DNA of 63,815 bases, the filler included, from Neolecta irregularis DAH-3 (taxonomy: Eukaryota): the NCBI GenBank assembly GCA_001929475.1. It is 7 parts of 7 records of this genome, joined end to end, with 100 filler letters (N's around TTAATTAATTAA, not from the genome) between each part and the next. Parts side by side here need not be neighbours in the genome. Positions count along the whole stretch, not along the records: positions 26,877 to 42,858 come from LXFE01000335.1; positions 42,959 to 52,709 come from LXFE01003212.1; positions 52,810 to 60,412 come from LXFE01003217.1; 4 more parts are not named here. The stretch is one strand, 5' to 3'. Under the pieces are notes generated by a model. That model was not told the origin of the DNA. It ran no database searches and was given only the letters and a program-made list of their open reading frames with translations. Below are positions 41,083 to 54,428 of this stretch, one piece after another; the stretch's first letter is position 1, and every line of letters starts with the position of its first letter. The position numbers and the translations under genes were made by a program.

Positions 41083-41613
41083 ATTGGTGAGTTGCTTGTT
41101 CAAAGGAGGACTAACAGGATTTTATATTGTGCCTAGCCCTTTTAGGCTTCGGCATATTATACGCTATCCTCGCTTATCGCACATTAATCACGAGGTTACC
41201 AAAAACATCTGTTATTGTAAGTTGTAGGCCTGAGGTACAAACAAAACTAGGTTTTATATCCTGGTCTGAGGGGTGAACTTCATGGAGGCATACCTAGCCT
41301 AAGCGGTGTGAACTTAGACTAGGTGTGTTTGTATCTACTCTAATTATTGGTAAGGATATACTCGAGGATATATTTTTATAGCCAGTGTGTCCAACCGCCA
41401 AGGTGGATTCATTTACAAGATTACTTGTCACATTGATATTTGGCAAAGAGGAAGCGTGTCCAGAATAATATATGTTGACGGAAGAGATGCACACTGAATA
41501 CTAAGTAAAAAAGCGTAATGGCTGATATCGGCTTTCAACATAACCACATATCGAGGCAGAAGATCACTACCACGCATATATTTTTTATCGACAAAAATTT
41601 AAGATGGAATAGT

Positions 41614-42376
<763 letters not shown>

Positions 42377-42958
42377 GATGTATTTGGTGAAAGATGTGAT
42401 CGGGATGGGAAGTTGGCTGTCGGAAACGCAGTCCACAAGATTTTCAACGAAGCTAATTTAAGTTAATTAGCGGTCTTTCCTACCACTCTCAATGTCTCAA
42501 TCCTGACGCAAAGATTCCCCAGATGGAGAGTTTGAGAATTTCCAGATCTCCAAAATGCCCCCTGATATATATTCGCTATCTACGTGATACGTATACATAT
42601 GAGGAGTTCTCTCGAGAAACTTGCACCAAAGCCAAGAAAGAAATGCACGGCGAAAGTAAATAAGCACGAAATATAAATTGCGGATATTTTAAAAATAAAG
42701 CGACTTGATCTGCGACACTTTTAAACATGAGATATCGTTTTTAGCCCAACGGCATTATCATACCAAACCTATCGATGTTTTCTACAGTCATGACCAGACT
42801 TGCTAAGTAAACAAGTCCAACTCTCCCCGCTGGATACTCTCCGGTGGGCGGGTGGGCGNNNNNNNNNNNNNNNNNNNNNNNNNNNNNNNNNNNNNNNNNN
42901 NNTTAATTAATTAANNNNNNNNNNNNNNNNNNNNNNNNNNNNNNNNNNNNNNNNNNNN

Positions 42959-45863
42959 AAAAGCAAGTGTAGGGAGTTCAGCCAGCTCGGGTTCTGGCGA
43001 ACCGGAACGGACTCGCTTTGACTCAGGCAATTGCAATTCATGACAGGTGGATGTACTCCTTCTTCTCCTTCTTGCGGAGTATGAATCAGCATTATCAGCA
43101 TCAAGACCAGTTTGTTCTCCGTCGCATGTTGACATTTTATCTGTGGCGAGTGATTTCGAGATAGACTTTATCTTATGTTTCACTCGTTCTTTGCGTCTGG
43201 AAACTAATTTGTCCATATATGTGCGAGAGAAGATTTTAATCCTCTTCTTCTTCTCTTCGGAAATCTCTTTTAGTGACTTGATTTGGTGATCAGGACGCAT
43301 CTCTTTCTGCACGAGAATCCCAACGATCTACATTATTAGGTGGTCTAATCAAGATTTATCGTATCTCTTTGGCCCTCTTTTTGAGATCTTCTTTCTCGAA
43401 TTGCTCGCTATATTTTGCAATAACGTTCGGCACAAATTTGGCAAACTACCGGTGAATGATGAAACCTATGGAAAAAGGAGCTACCAGTTTGGTCAATTGC
43501 TTCTCCAGGATCTCAGGATCCTTGTTCTTTCTTTTCGACTTCTCAGCCTCTGTGTTGTCAGACTTCTTTTCCTTCTTTTCTTTGTCTTTCTTCGACTTTT
43601 GCTCCTTTCGAGGTTTCTGCTTCTCCATAGCCTCCTCCTCGACCTTTGCTAGAGCTGCCTTCGCAGCCAACTGCTTGTTCGCTGCATCAATAATCTTTTG
43701 GAGATCCATCTTCTCCGTCTTGTGCGCTTCTTCTTGGCTTTTAAACTGGATTCGAGGAACGTAAAATGTAGGCTGGTTTTGTAGGGGCCCAGCCCATCGT
43801 TGACGATTAATAAATGTAATTTTAGATGTCGAAGAAAGTTTTGCCTCGTCTTGAGCATCAACTGATTCGGCAGTGTCCGTACTTTCTTGCGTATCCACGA
43901 TTTCACGCTTCTATATGAGAAGATAGCTTACCATCAACATACCCGTTTCTTTGGAATTCGATATGCCATTTCTAGACTACTCCATTCTTGCAGCAGAGTT
44001 TGAGCCATTGTCTTGACATTTTCGTTCTCTCTTTCTGTCAATTCTCTGACAATATCTTCAATCTTGGAGCTCGAAATTTTGTTCCTCGTCAGTCGAGGCC
44101 ATTTTAAAAGGACTTCCAAAATCTAAAAATGAGATCTTCTTGGCATATACGTGTTACCGTTGCAGGTATCACGTCATCTTCTTTCCAATCACCAAGGACA
44201 GTTCCTAGGATTTGATACCCATGCATCTTCATAACACGTCTATGTACACCTTGGTCATTACTCATATAAATAGAATCAGCTCAGACTGAAGGTCAAAGAC
44301 ATACTTGAAGGCGAAGGAGCAGTTTATTGATCATCCATTGCTCTTTACATTGCATCAGTGTACTCATAATCTTTGTAACTCCTTTCTCGTCGGCTTCCCG
44401 GGGTTGAATATTAATGTATTCATCATCTTCGCCAGATCTCTTGGACTTTCGTCTTTTCTTAACTGTGGTGGTCTCCCAATCCCATTCATCGTCTTCCTCG
44501 AGTCCGAGGGCTAGTTGTTAGAGTAGAGATGCAAACCTTAACATACCTGCTCGAACATTATCTGGCATTTTAGATTTGGCCTCCGTTTGGGTTTTCCCCC
44601 CAATAAAACCAATACAATCTGGTTCGCCGCAATAACAAGGTTGCGCCTGGGCGCTGAGATGTAAGTTTATACTAGTTCACATGTCCATACCCATATCGAT
44701 CAACATTGTAATCAAAGGTCAGTTCCTCTCCAGCCTGAATATTGCGTTTTGCAAAAATTCCCATGCGCAGTTTTGTTCCCACAACCCATTTATCAACATA
44801 GCAGTTTGGCGAACAAGAATGATTGATGAAACGCCCTAGGCCACCACGCCGAGTAGCATCTATAAATTCGCCTTTTTGTAACATCATGAAATAGAAATGT
44901 TTGATTCCTTCCTCGTCGTACCGAATCATCCTCCGTCGAAATTCCTTGTCGTGAATGACATCGCCGACATACTCATAAATGAATAGCCCCTTGGGAAGAT
45001 CCGAGTTCGTTCTGAGGCCATGGCCTTTCAGTTGGGTTTTAATAACGTCTACATCAGCGTACTCGCCCTTTTGAAAACGCTGGTTTTGACATCCTTCGCC
45101 ACAGTTGCAGTCATCTTCAGTACATTCCATCGATGTCATACGATTGATACAATCTGAGTCTTCACCGCAAGAGAGATTACGTTCACCATCTGAATCGTCA
45201 GAATGATTGTTAAAAACATTTTACCCCATTCTGGGAGGCAATCACAACCCATACTTTCGTGCTGATTTGTCTCGCCCATCGATTTGTTGATGTAATTGCA
45301 TTTTGTGATCTCCATGAAAGTTTGCGAAGCTTCGACTTTAGCTGAAGGCAGATCCTTGAAAAGTTGGGAAGGAGCTTGGATAAGATTCTTTTTTGAATAT
45401 TGGGGTTCCTAAGTCATGTTTAGTGAAGTCTCCTGATAGTGTCTGAAACCTTGTCGCTTTCTGAATTTTCGCAAGTCGGTGAAGTCGAGCCTGGACTATC
45501 GGGAACAGATTCACGGCCAGAGAGAGTAGTCGGCAGCTGTTCTTCAATGGCTAGGGGTTCCAACTTTACATCCGCACTTGAAGGAATCGTACATTCCAGA
45601 AGCCCGAAATCCATCGCCTCCATTTTTTGACAATTGCCGCGAATGTCATTACTCTCAGATACAACAGAACAGTGATCAGAAGGCTTTTGCAGATTCAAGG
45701 GATCTAGATTGCCCTTTTCCAGCCCGAAAGCGGCTTCTTGCTTGATATTCTTCATATTTTCAAATGCTATTCCATTCTCTGGTGGGCGATTTATGGGATC
45801 ATCCAGGTGGTCTGGGGCGTTGTTTGTGATTTTACCAGTATCGAGAGTATCCTGTTTGGACAT
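42959..45863 (-). CDS. SET2: Histone H3K36 methyltransferase Set2; 3' end runs into a gap
   Basis: AWS, SET ([23 protein letters not shown]), post-SET, the [15 protein letters not shown] region and an SRI domain. Confidence 0.95.
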
Positions 45864-46338
45864 CTGGATTACTGACAGGAACTATGTTGGCCTGTGTATA
45901 CGGAGCTTTGGTGGAGAGATGTCGAATTATAGTTGGTCGGGTGCAGACTCGCAGTGGAGCTCGGAACTTCAAACGCAAAAGTATCTTTCTAGAAAGGAGA
46001 TGTAGATATTTTTCAAAGGAACATTCGAATATGTACTTATGTGGGTTCTGCTCGAGATTTGATACGATATTGAAGACAACAAACGGTTTTTTGCAGTCTT
46101 TCCCGCCCTGATCTAACATCAGCGAAATTCAAAGCAAAAATGCTGAATGTTACCATGAACAGTGTGCACAATATTCTTCTGAAATACAAAATAAAAGAAG
46201 AATACCGCGGAAAGTAATATCCGAGAATATTGCTATCGCTAGCTTGTGGTGGATGAATGAACGTCAACTTTCGATTTTCGATTCCACAAACTACATCCAG
46301 ATCAAATTTCGCCCTCTCGCATATTCCAAAAATTTAAA

Positions 46339-47404
46339 ATGGGACATTCGCATAGTCATGAACACAGCCATCGTCATTCGCATAAAGCACATACAACTTC
46401 TGCAGAGGGCTTGAGGTGCAACCTCTCCTTCAATTATACAAATTGCTCATTTCAGGGTCACCACTATTGGACTTGTTTTGAATATTCTGTTGACATTGAT
46501 CAAGGGAATTGGAGGATATATTCTTTCTTCAGCGTCCTTGATTGCAGATGCCGGTCATTCGTTGTCAGGTACGCAGTTGACCCAATCTAATTCGCTGAGC
46601 TTGAGACCTTCTGGGGGATTCAATCACTATTTTCACTCTCTCCTTTTCTAGTCGTTCGCCGTCGAATAACTTCCCTAACGGCTTTGGTAGAATCGAAACC
46701 ATTGGTTCTTTAGGTGTTAGTCTTATGCTTAGTATTTACCTCAAATCTTCATATGCAGTGACTGACTCAGACTAGCTCTTGGTGGTGTGACAATATCCTG
46801 GTCAGCACTTTTCCCTCATTCAAATAGACATGGTCATCATGATCATCACGATCCTGATTTTTCATCACCTTTTGCTGCTTCTCTAGCATTGCTCGGTGTT
46901 TTATCAAAAGTTTATCTCTATGTGATCACAACGAAAGTTGCAAAAGCATCGAAATCACCAGTTCTTCTCGCGAACGCTTATCATCATTTAAGTGACGCAA
47001 TGAGCAGTGTCGTTGCATCTCTGGCGATTGTACTCGGATGGGTGTTGGGTGTAGAATGGGGAGATTCTGTTGGCGGTGCTATAGTTGGCGTCATGATCAT
47101 TAAAAGCGGCCTCGAGATCGGATGGCCAGCCTTACTTGAACTCTGTGGAAAGGGTGTTGACGAAGAAACATTAAATGAGATAAAAGATGCCATTAAGGTC
47201 AAAAATGCAAGCATTCGGAAAATCAGCGCTGAACGGAGTGGATCCAGTATGATTGTCAATGTGGATCTGAGAGTCGATGGAGAAACCGCAATATCCCAAG
47301 TTGGCGAGATTCGGGAGACTATTCGGAAACAGATTTCAGATCAGGTTGAAAATTTGCTGATTTGTCGTATTGAAACCTATGAAGATGTGAAGAAGGACAT
47401 TTAA
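46339..47404 (+). CDS. Cation diffusion facilitator (Mmt1/Mmt2-like metal transporter), 4 exons
   Basis: His-rich start MGHSHSH, LIADAGHSLSDL, FPNGFGRIET, LLANAYHHLSD. Confidence 0.88.
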
Positions 47405-48489
47405 ATTTTCAAGGTTTGTTTTTTGGACAGAGTTTAAGCAGATTTATCTGTCTGCATTGGAGATTATTAGCGCTGGAGTTTCCAAATTCATCAAGATCTG
47501 ATTAATGCGTTTCAAAAATTTATACCTGATCTCCGTCTCTGTTTTAGGCTCTGCGGGACTCCACAATTTAAGAGGTAGAAGGACTATTGATACACAATTG
47601 TTTTCCAATACGTAGTAAGAGATAGCCGGCTAGAAGAATCACAGTGATAGTGTCAATGAGTTATGTGGCTTGATAATATTTATTGAGGATGATAATCAAA
47701 CAATCAAGAAGTCTTCTTAGTCTCTGCTGAATTAAGACGTATAACATGCCAGTTAAGCGGATTCCTGTTCAAATAGGGCCACGGTAGAGTTGTAAGCTAT
47801 AACGATTAATATCGGGGGTTAAGGCGAATTTCATGCCAATAACGAAAGAAATGTACCGCCAAGAAAGATATACGTAGTCACCCAGACATCCCGAAGAGCA
47901 AAACCAACAAGAAAGCCAATGATCTGGTAATTAAGTAGTTCAAACATGAGAAAGGTGGATACAGCAGAGCCGATTAGACCGACGTGTATGATGATCCAAG
48001 CAAGTTTCTGACCTCTGAAGTCCTGTCATATTAGATGGTTTTCTGGATGCAACAGATATACGATAGATCCTTCGCAAATATTTCGAATAGCATCCATGAT
48101 GATGTCTCACGGTGATGATGAAATCCGGCGGTTGGTGACCAAGATGGAAACTTTGACTAATCCCTACAAGGAAGAACATCGCAAATAATTATTTCATTAT
48201 ACAAAAAAGACTCAAGAATATTGTAAGACATTTTTTCTCCCAGTTGTATGTACATAGGTGTTTTTTTCATGTAAATGATCTGTAGTGAAGCAAGAACTAG
48301 TTCAAAAACTGTAATAGAAATATGGAAGATATATAAGTTGTATAAGATGCATATGCTCTGAGACTTTCAACCGACAAAGCTCGATGGAATAGAGGGATTT
48401 TAAAGAAAATAAAAAGGGAAGAACATACAGGGATCATGGAAGTATCTTGGATTCGCTTTATTCCGGGTTTATTGGCAATCTGCTTAAAC

Positions 48490-51400
48490 TCATACGTTAT
48501 ACATCACATGTAGTTTCTGACAAATTTCAGGAGAAAGTGTGCCCATAAAGTTATCCCAATTGTCGAGCATGCCTTTATATCCAACAAGGATCTTTTTAAA
48601 TCAACCAAAAAAGAAGCGGGAGGGAACACCATACCCCTTTAAACATGTCATTCAATTCCGTACTGGGCGAGTCCCATGTTACCACTGCCATCACAAAGTC
48701 GTGAAGATTCCGTGAAAGTCCACCAGGGTTTTGACCAATGACAGTACAAATCCCTCTAAAGGCCGAGTCTTTTTCTTCATCATCTCGTACGGCTTGTAGA
48801 GTCTTGAACCAGGCGCCTACAAACGATTCTAACTGAGGAGCAACAGCAGATGGGCAAGCTAGACCGAGACGGCCAATCGTTACAGCTGCGTTCTCAAGAA
48901 GAGTTGGCGGTTTTGTATCAGCTTGCAATAACGTAACGAGCCTTTGAAGAAGAGGGCCAATGTACGGCTCCATATCGCCCTGCATTTGAAGGGCAATTTC
49001 TCCGGCCGCCCAAATCGCGTTATTGCATACACTGACCGAGTCTGGCCGCGGTGAAATGTGAGGAATTGTATTTGTCATGATTTGTGGGAGATAGGGTTTG
49101 ACATATTTGAAATGCGAAATTGCAAGATCCCCAACTAGGGCAAATGCCGACTGCTTCACATCGTGGACTGGATCCTGGAACATCAATATTGTAGCCACAA
49201 ATGAGGGACATACGACTAGACATAGTGAGAGAAGATCCATCAGGGGCGGTTGCGTCGACGAAATCAAGTGATCGATATGTTCACCTAATCCCTGGACAAG
49301 ACCGCTTACAAGATCCAAAGCGGTAGTAAGGAAATCCTTGTCTGGTTCATCAAGCGAAGGATTCGACTGACATGCATGCGATTGTTCGAGAGTGCGATGA
49401 ATGATTTGTATGCACCGACTATACACTGGCAGAGCAAACGGGGCAAATCCTTCGCCCAGGGCAACAGTAATAGATGACAAACACTAGAAGAATCAGTGGC
49501 AAGGTTGAACTATTTTTGATACCTCGAGCAACGGGAACAATCCACGATCATCATCTGGCATGCTTGCCCATTTTTGATTTAAAGGCGGCATTAGAACCTC
49601 GATATACTCTGGGCGATTCAAAGCAGGACCAACCATGTCGGCGAGAGTTTGAATAGTATCATAAAGAATAAAGAGATTCTTACTCTGATATTTCTGAAAC
49701 GCCTCGACAAGTTTGGTGAGAATCGGGTGGAGATACGGGATGAGCGTTGTTGAAGCTTGTTCTTCGAGATTAGCGAATGCACTACATCCTGCATCTTGAA
49801 CGCGTTTGTTGTTATCAAGACACATTCTAAGAAGCTGGGTATGTTAAACAAGGGAACGATAAGAGGAATATACTCCTTCCATAAGTGGAAGAAAGAACTT
49901 GTTCTTTTCATCCTCGGTTTGCAGATATGCGGCCCAACGTGAATATCGACCCAACGTCCAGCAGGTAATTTGACGAACAAGAGGCTAGATAATCAGGTTT
50001 TATATGTCAACAAGATGCTACCTTTGGATCTTTTAGTAGACTAAGAAGGTATGGATAAAGTTCGGGCAAATGAGGCGTGATTCCTTCCATGCAACCCTCT
50101 GCAATTGCTCCTAGTGCAAGGACCCCAGCTTCTCTGACTTTCCAATCCGAACTAAAGAGATTCTCCCGGAGATAAGGCAAGCTGATCTCTAAAAGTTGCT
50201 GACTGAATACTGTGGCCAATACATCTAGGGCAGCAGCAGAGCATTTTCGTAAATTCCATTCTGCAAAGACATCGTCATCGTCATCGTCGTAATCGTCGTA
50301 ATCGTCATCACCATCTTCATCAGTTGCATCAATGCTTTGTTGAGAGTCTCCGTTGCTGTTGGCATGATCTGCTCCCCGGGGTTTGAGAGAAACATGGTGT
50401 GGTTTGATATCTTTCTCGTCATCTTCGAGGTGGGCATCATCTTCGTCTCCGCCGAGTGTCAGGATATCCATTTCGTTATAGATCATGCCCTTTAGGAGCA
50501 TCGGGACGACTTTTGGTAAAAATGGCTCAAGAGAGGGTCTTAGTTCCGTTTGTTCGGCTATTGACAACCAAAACTCGCACGCTTCCAGGGCGACATCTTC
50601 ATCGGCGTCTTGAGTAGAATAAAGCATGTATTCGACTATGCTGTTCATCGATGGAGCAATCTTGTCCGGCCGAGCATCTAATAGCATAACGAGTGCGTGA
50701 CAGACATTTTTGCGAACCTCGGTATCAGAATCAGTTGCGAGTTTGAATATAGCGGCCATAAAACTATCGATATTGACCATGAGGGACTGGGATTTTCGTG
50801 GAATAAACTGATTGATGCAGGATAAAGCGTGAGCTCGCATCCGTGGGTTTGGCGATTCGCAAAGAGTGATAAACTTGGAGATCATAAAATTTAAAGGTCG
50901 TTGGCCATTGTATTCTGTATCGAGCTCTTTAGTTGAATCTTCGCAGATTTTACTCAAAGCGCTAAAAGCACCCTATTTAAAGTCAAAAAAAAATTTGCGG
51001 ATACATACTTCACCAGCGCTTGGAGTAGGACTATCGAGCATCACCATAAGTCTAGGTAAACATTCTGGCCACCCAAGCAATCCGACTTTGAGCATAAGAG
51101 TAGTAACCACGCTGCCAGAGATGGCTCTAACGAGGTTTTGCTCATCTTGAAGACCAACAAGGATAGCGTTTTTCACGTATGCGAGACTCGATGGATTGTC
51201 TCCGACTGTAGGTCCATTTATGCGAAAATTATTCTTCAAGTAGATACCAGCATTTGATCGAACAGTGACTTCTGCATCTTTTGCATAGGTGAGGATATAC
51301 GCGAGGTAGTTATTAAACTCGGGCCAAATTTTTGCTTCCTCCAAGTGCTATCAAATCTTTGTCAGTTGATATAATAAAAAATCTGGATCAGGGGATCGAC

Positions 51401-51506
51401 ATACACCAATGGCCACTCTAGACAGCTGATGGTTTTCAGACAGCGAAGTTTGCAGAAGCTGTGAAAGCTGCGAAAGAGGTTGCGGCTGAGGAGACCACGC
51501 AGACAT
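48490..51506 (-). CDS. KAP104: Transportin / karyopherin beta-2 (8 exons)
   Basis: ALEACEFW, acidic H8 loop, [53 protein letters not shown]. Confidence 0.96.
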
Positions 51507-51913
51507 AATGTTGATTTGAGATATATTTTAGAGGGTACCGACGATCTGGGCGGCCGATAAAATTCGAATGGAGATTACAGGTAACGGCGCTGCCGGTATC
51601 GAAAGAGCAGGCGTAATTGGAGTACTAGTCGATTTAATGGAGGGTTGAATTACTCGCACAGGGAACGAAGTGACTGGTGGTGACAGACTGGATCATGGTT
51701 TTCAACAAAACATTTCATTAATGATGCGCATCAAACACTGTTTGAAAGGAGTATTCTTAGGTAAAGTGCGGCAAATTCATGTAATATCGTATACAAGCAG
51801 CAAAAGCGGGTAAACAACTCCATGCGAACTCCAGCCCCAGCACAAGAAGATGAATCAGGAAAATAGATAAACGCAGGAAATAACAGGAAAAAAAGGAAAG
51901 AGGGACGAAAGAC

Positions 51914-52483
51914 TCAGTCTTGCATGACGATTTCTCGTGGTTGTAACCAGCTAACCCACGTCAGCAGTGCCATTTTTAGCGCAAAAGCGTCATACACCGG
52001 CTCTTCCCATTCGTCCGCAGATGGATCCACATATCTGCTTGATCCAGCAAGACGCTCTTCTTCGCCATCGTCAGTATCATCGCGGGATCGTTTAGTTCCA
52101 TTGTTAGACTGGGCCGCGGTGGCTATTGGAGCAGGTCTGGCATGTAGAGCACAATTCATTGCTGGAAGTGAAGGATAGATCGACTGGTTCTTGGTCTTGT
52201 AGCCTTCTTTGACCGCTATTTACTGTGTGTTAATACTTTCTATACCTCAGGATAGGCGGCAGAAACCTTTACGGCTGTATGAATTAGAAACTATTCCATA
52301 GAAAAATAGCAGCACGTACACTCTCATGCCTAGATCGAATAGAGTTGCCTGTATCTGGGGCTCTATTTTGGGTCGTGTTATGTGACTTGTGTCTTGTTTA
52401 CGCACAACTGCGCCAGCAGTTCGCTTTGCAGTCGTATTTGATTTGACGATTTTGTTTCCCTTGTCCATGATAGAGGATGTCAT
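51914..52483 (-). CDS. Ribonucleotide reductase inhibitor family protein (Spd1/Dif1-like)
   Basis: Spliced IQATLFDLGMRVRKAVKEGYKTK matches the family motif VGMRVRKSV.xGYK; needs an 8-nt microexon. Confidence 0.75.
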
Positions 52484-52809
52484 AGTAATCCGAGTTTATA
52501 GTCGATAAAAAGGGAAAAGGCAACTTAGAATTGTAATCCCTCCCCAGCTTTTGCCATCATCCAATGGGTACAGACACATATATATTCAATTTAGTTCTAT
52601 TTCTGCTCTATAAACTCGTTTGAGTAGATATATATATTGACCCAGAAGCCTTTTCAGATGCGACGATATCCTGATAATTCTGTATTTCCTCCTAGGCAAC
52701 ACGTAAGCTNNNNNNNNNNNNNNNNNNNNNNNNNNNNNNNNNNNNNNNNNNNNTTAATTAATTAANNNNNNNNNNNNNNNNNNNNNNNNNNNNNNNNNNN
52801 NNNNNNNNN

Positions 52810-53986
52810 AACCCTCCGCCTGCCGCGCGCGCGCTCACGGCAGCTCCCGCAGAGACCTCGCCGCACACGCGCTGCTCGACGAGCGGCTGGTGCCCGTGCG
52901 CCTCGAGCTCGACAGCGACAAGCACAAGCTGCGCGACACCTTCACGTGGAACTCGGAGGAGAAGCTGATCAAGCCCGAGTACTTTGCCCACGTCTACTGC
53001 GCCGACCACGCCATCCCCGCCGCCGTCTTCGCCGCCCAGATCGCAAAGTCGCTCGCCGAGCAGCTCGCAGACTTCCACCCGCACCACTACGACCCGCGCA
53101 CCGTCGCCCCGCAGCCCGCCGCCCGCCCCTGGTCCGTCTACAAGGACGACGATCTGCGCATCACCATAAAGGTGCGCCGCCTGCCGTCGCCGCTAATGCC
53201 CAGCTCGACATCACCATCGGCAACTACAACCTGCTCGACGCCTTCGAGTGGGACATCAACTGCCCCGCAAACATCCCAGAGCTCTTCGCCGCTCAGCTCG
53301 CCGCGGACCTCTGCCTCTGCGGCGAGTTCGTCACCGCCATCGCCCACCAGATCCGCGAACAGTGCCAGCAGTACACAAAGACCCTCGTCCTGCTCGACCA
53401 CAAGCCCGGCGACCCCATCCAGGACGACGAGGTCCGCCAGAATATCGTCCCCACCCTCACCTCCACCCTGCGCACAGACACCTGGAACTACACCCCCACA
53501 GTCTCAAAACTCTCCCCCGAGGAAATAGAAAAACAGGACCAGGTCCGCGACCGCGAAACTCGCCGCAAGAGAAGGCAGCTGCGCGCGGGCAGGCGCGGCG
53601 TCGCCTTGCCAGACTTTAACGAAATCTTCAAAACCCATCGCACCCCCTGCCACCACTCGGTCCTGCCCCCCGGCGAAATCCCCCTCCTCAAACACACCAC
53701 CGAAGACGACGACGACGAAGACGAAGACATCGAAGACGTCTCCGACGACGACGACGACGACATCCTCCCCAGACAGCACATCCCCGGCGTCTCCCCCGTC
53801 TTCACCCACTCGCGACTCTCAAAAATAGTAAAGCTGAAGCTGCCAAAGCCAAAGGTGCCCTCTTTTCATCCAATGCTGCAACGCCAGCAGCAACAATACC
53901 GTCCCTATCAATTCCCGCAAAATTACCCTTTTCGTCCACACCACAATGTAGAGCCGTATTACCCTCCTTATAGACCCCCCTATTAG
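52810..53986 (+). CDS. SNF5: SWI/SNF subunit Snf5; 5' end lost in a gap
   Basis: LVPVRLELD..LRDTFTWN and IKLDITIG..DAFEWDIN..PELFA..LCGEFVTAIAHQIREQ repeats. Confidence 0.88.
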
Positions 53987-54170
53987 CCTTCCATCGTCTC
54001 ATAGTATCCTGTATTAGTCATGTTGCATATTTATTCATTCCCATCAATGTCCATCTGAACCTATGATATCGTAACGACTGGTGACTGATATGCATAACGA
54101 CTGATATGCGTAGTGACTTGTATGCACAACATTGTTAAATTTGGTTATTACATTTATATTTATATAGTTT

Positions 54171-54425
54171 TTCATTCAATTATCTGTTCTTCATTCGATT
54201 ATCTTCATTCAATTATCTGTTCTTCGATTATCTGTTCTTCATTCAATTATCTGTTCTTCATTCGATTATCTGTTAATTAACTGTTCTTCATTCGATTATT
54301 GTTCTTCATTCGATTATCTGTTCTTCAATTATCTGTTCTTCATTCAATTATCTGTTCTTCAATTATCTGTTCTTCATTCCATTATCTGTTCTTCATTCAA
54401 TTATTGTTCTTCATTCAATTCTTCA
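54171..54425. repeat. Minisatellite, unit about TTCATTCAATTATCTGTTC
   Basis: More than ten degenerate tandem copies are visible. Confidence 0.95.
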
Positions 54426-54428
54426 ATC

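Noticed and set aside
52758-53809. Many overlapping ORFs on both strands over SNF5
   Set aside because: Shadow ORFs caused by high GC and few stop codons.
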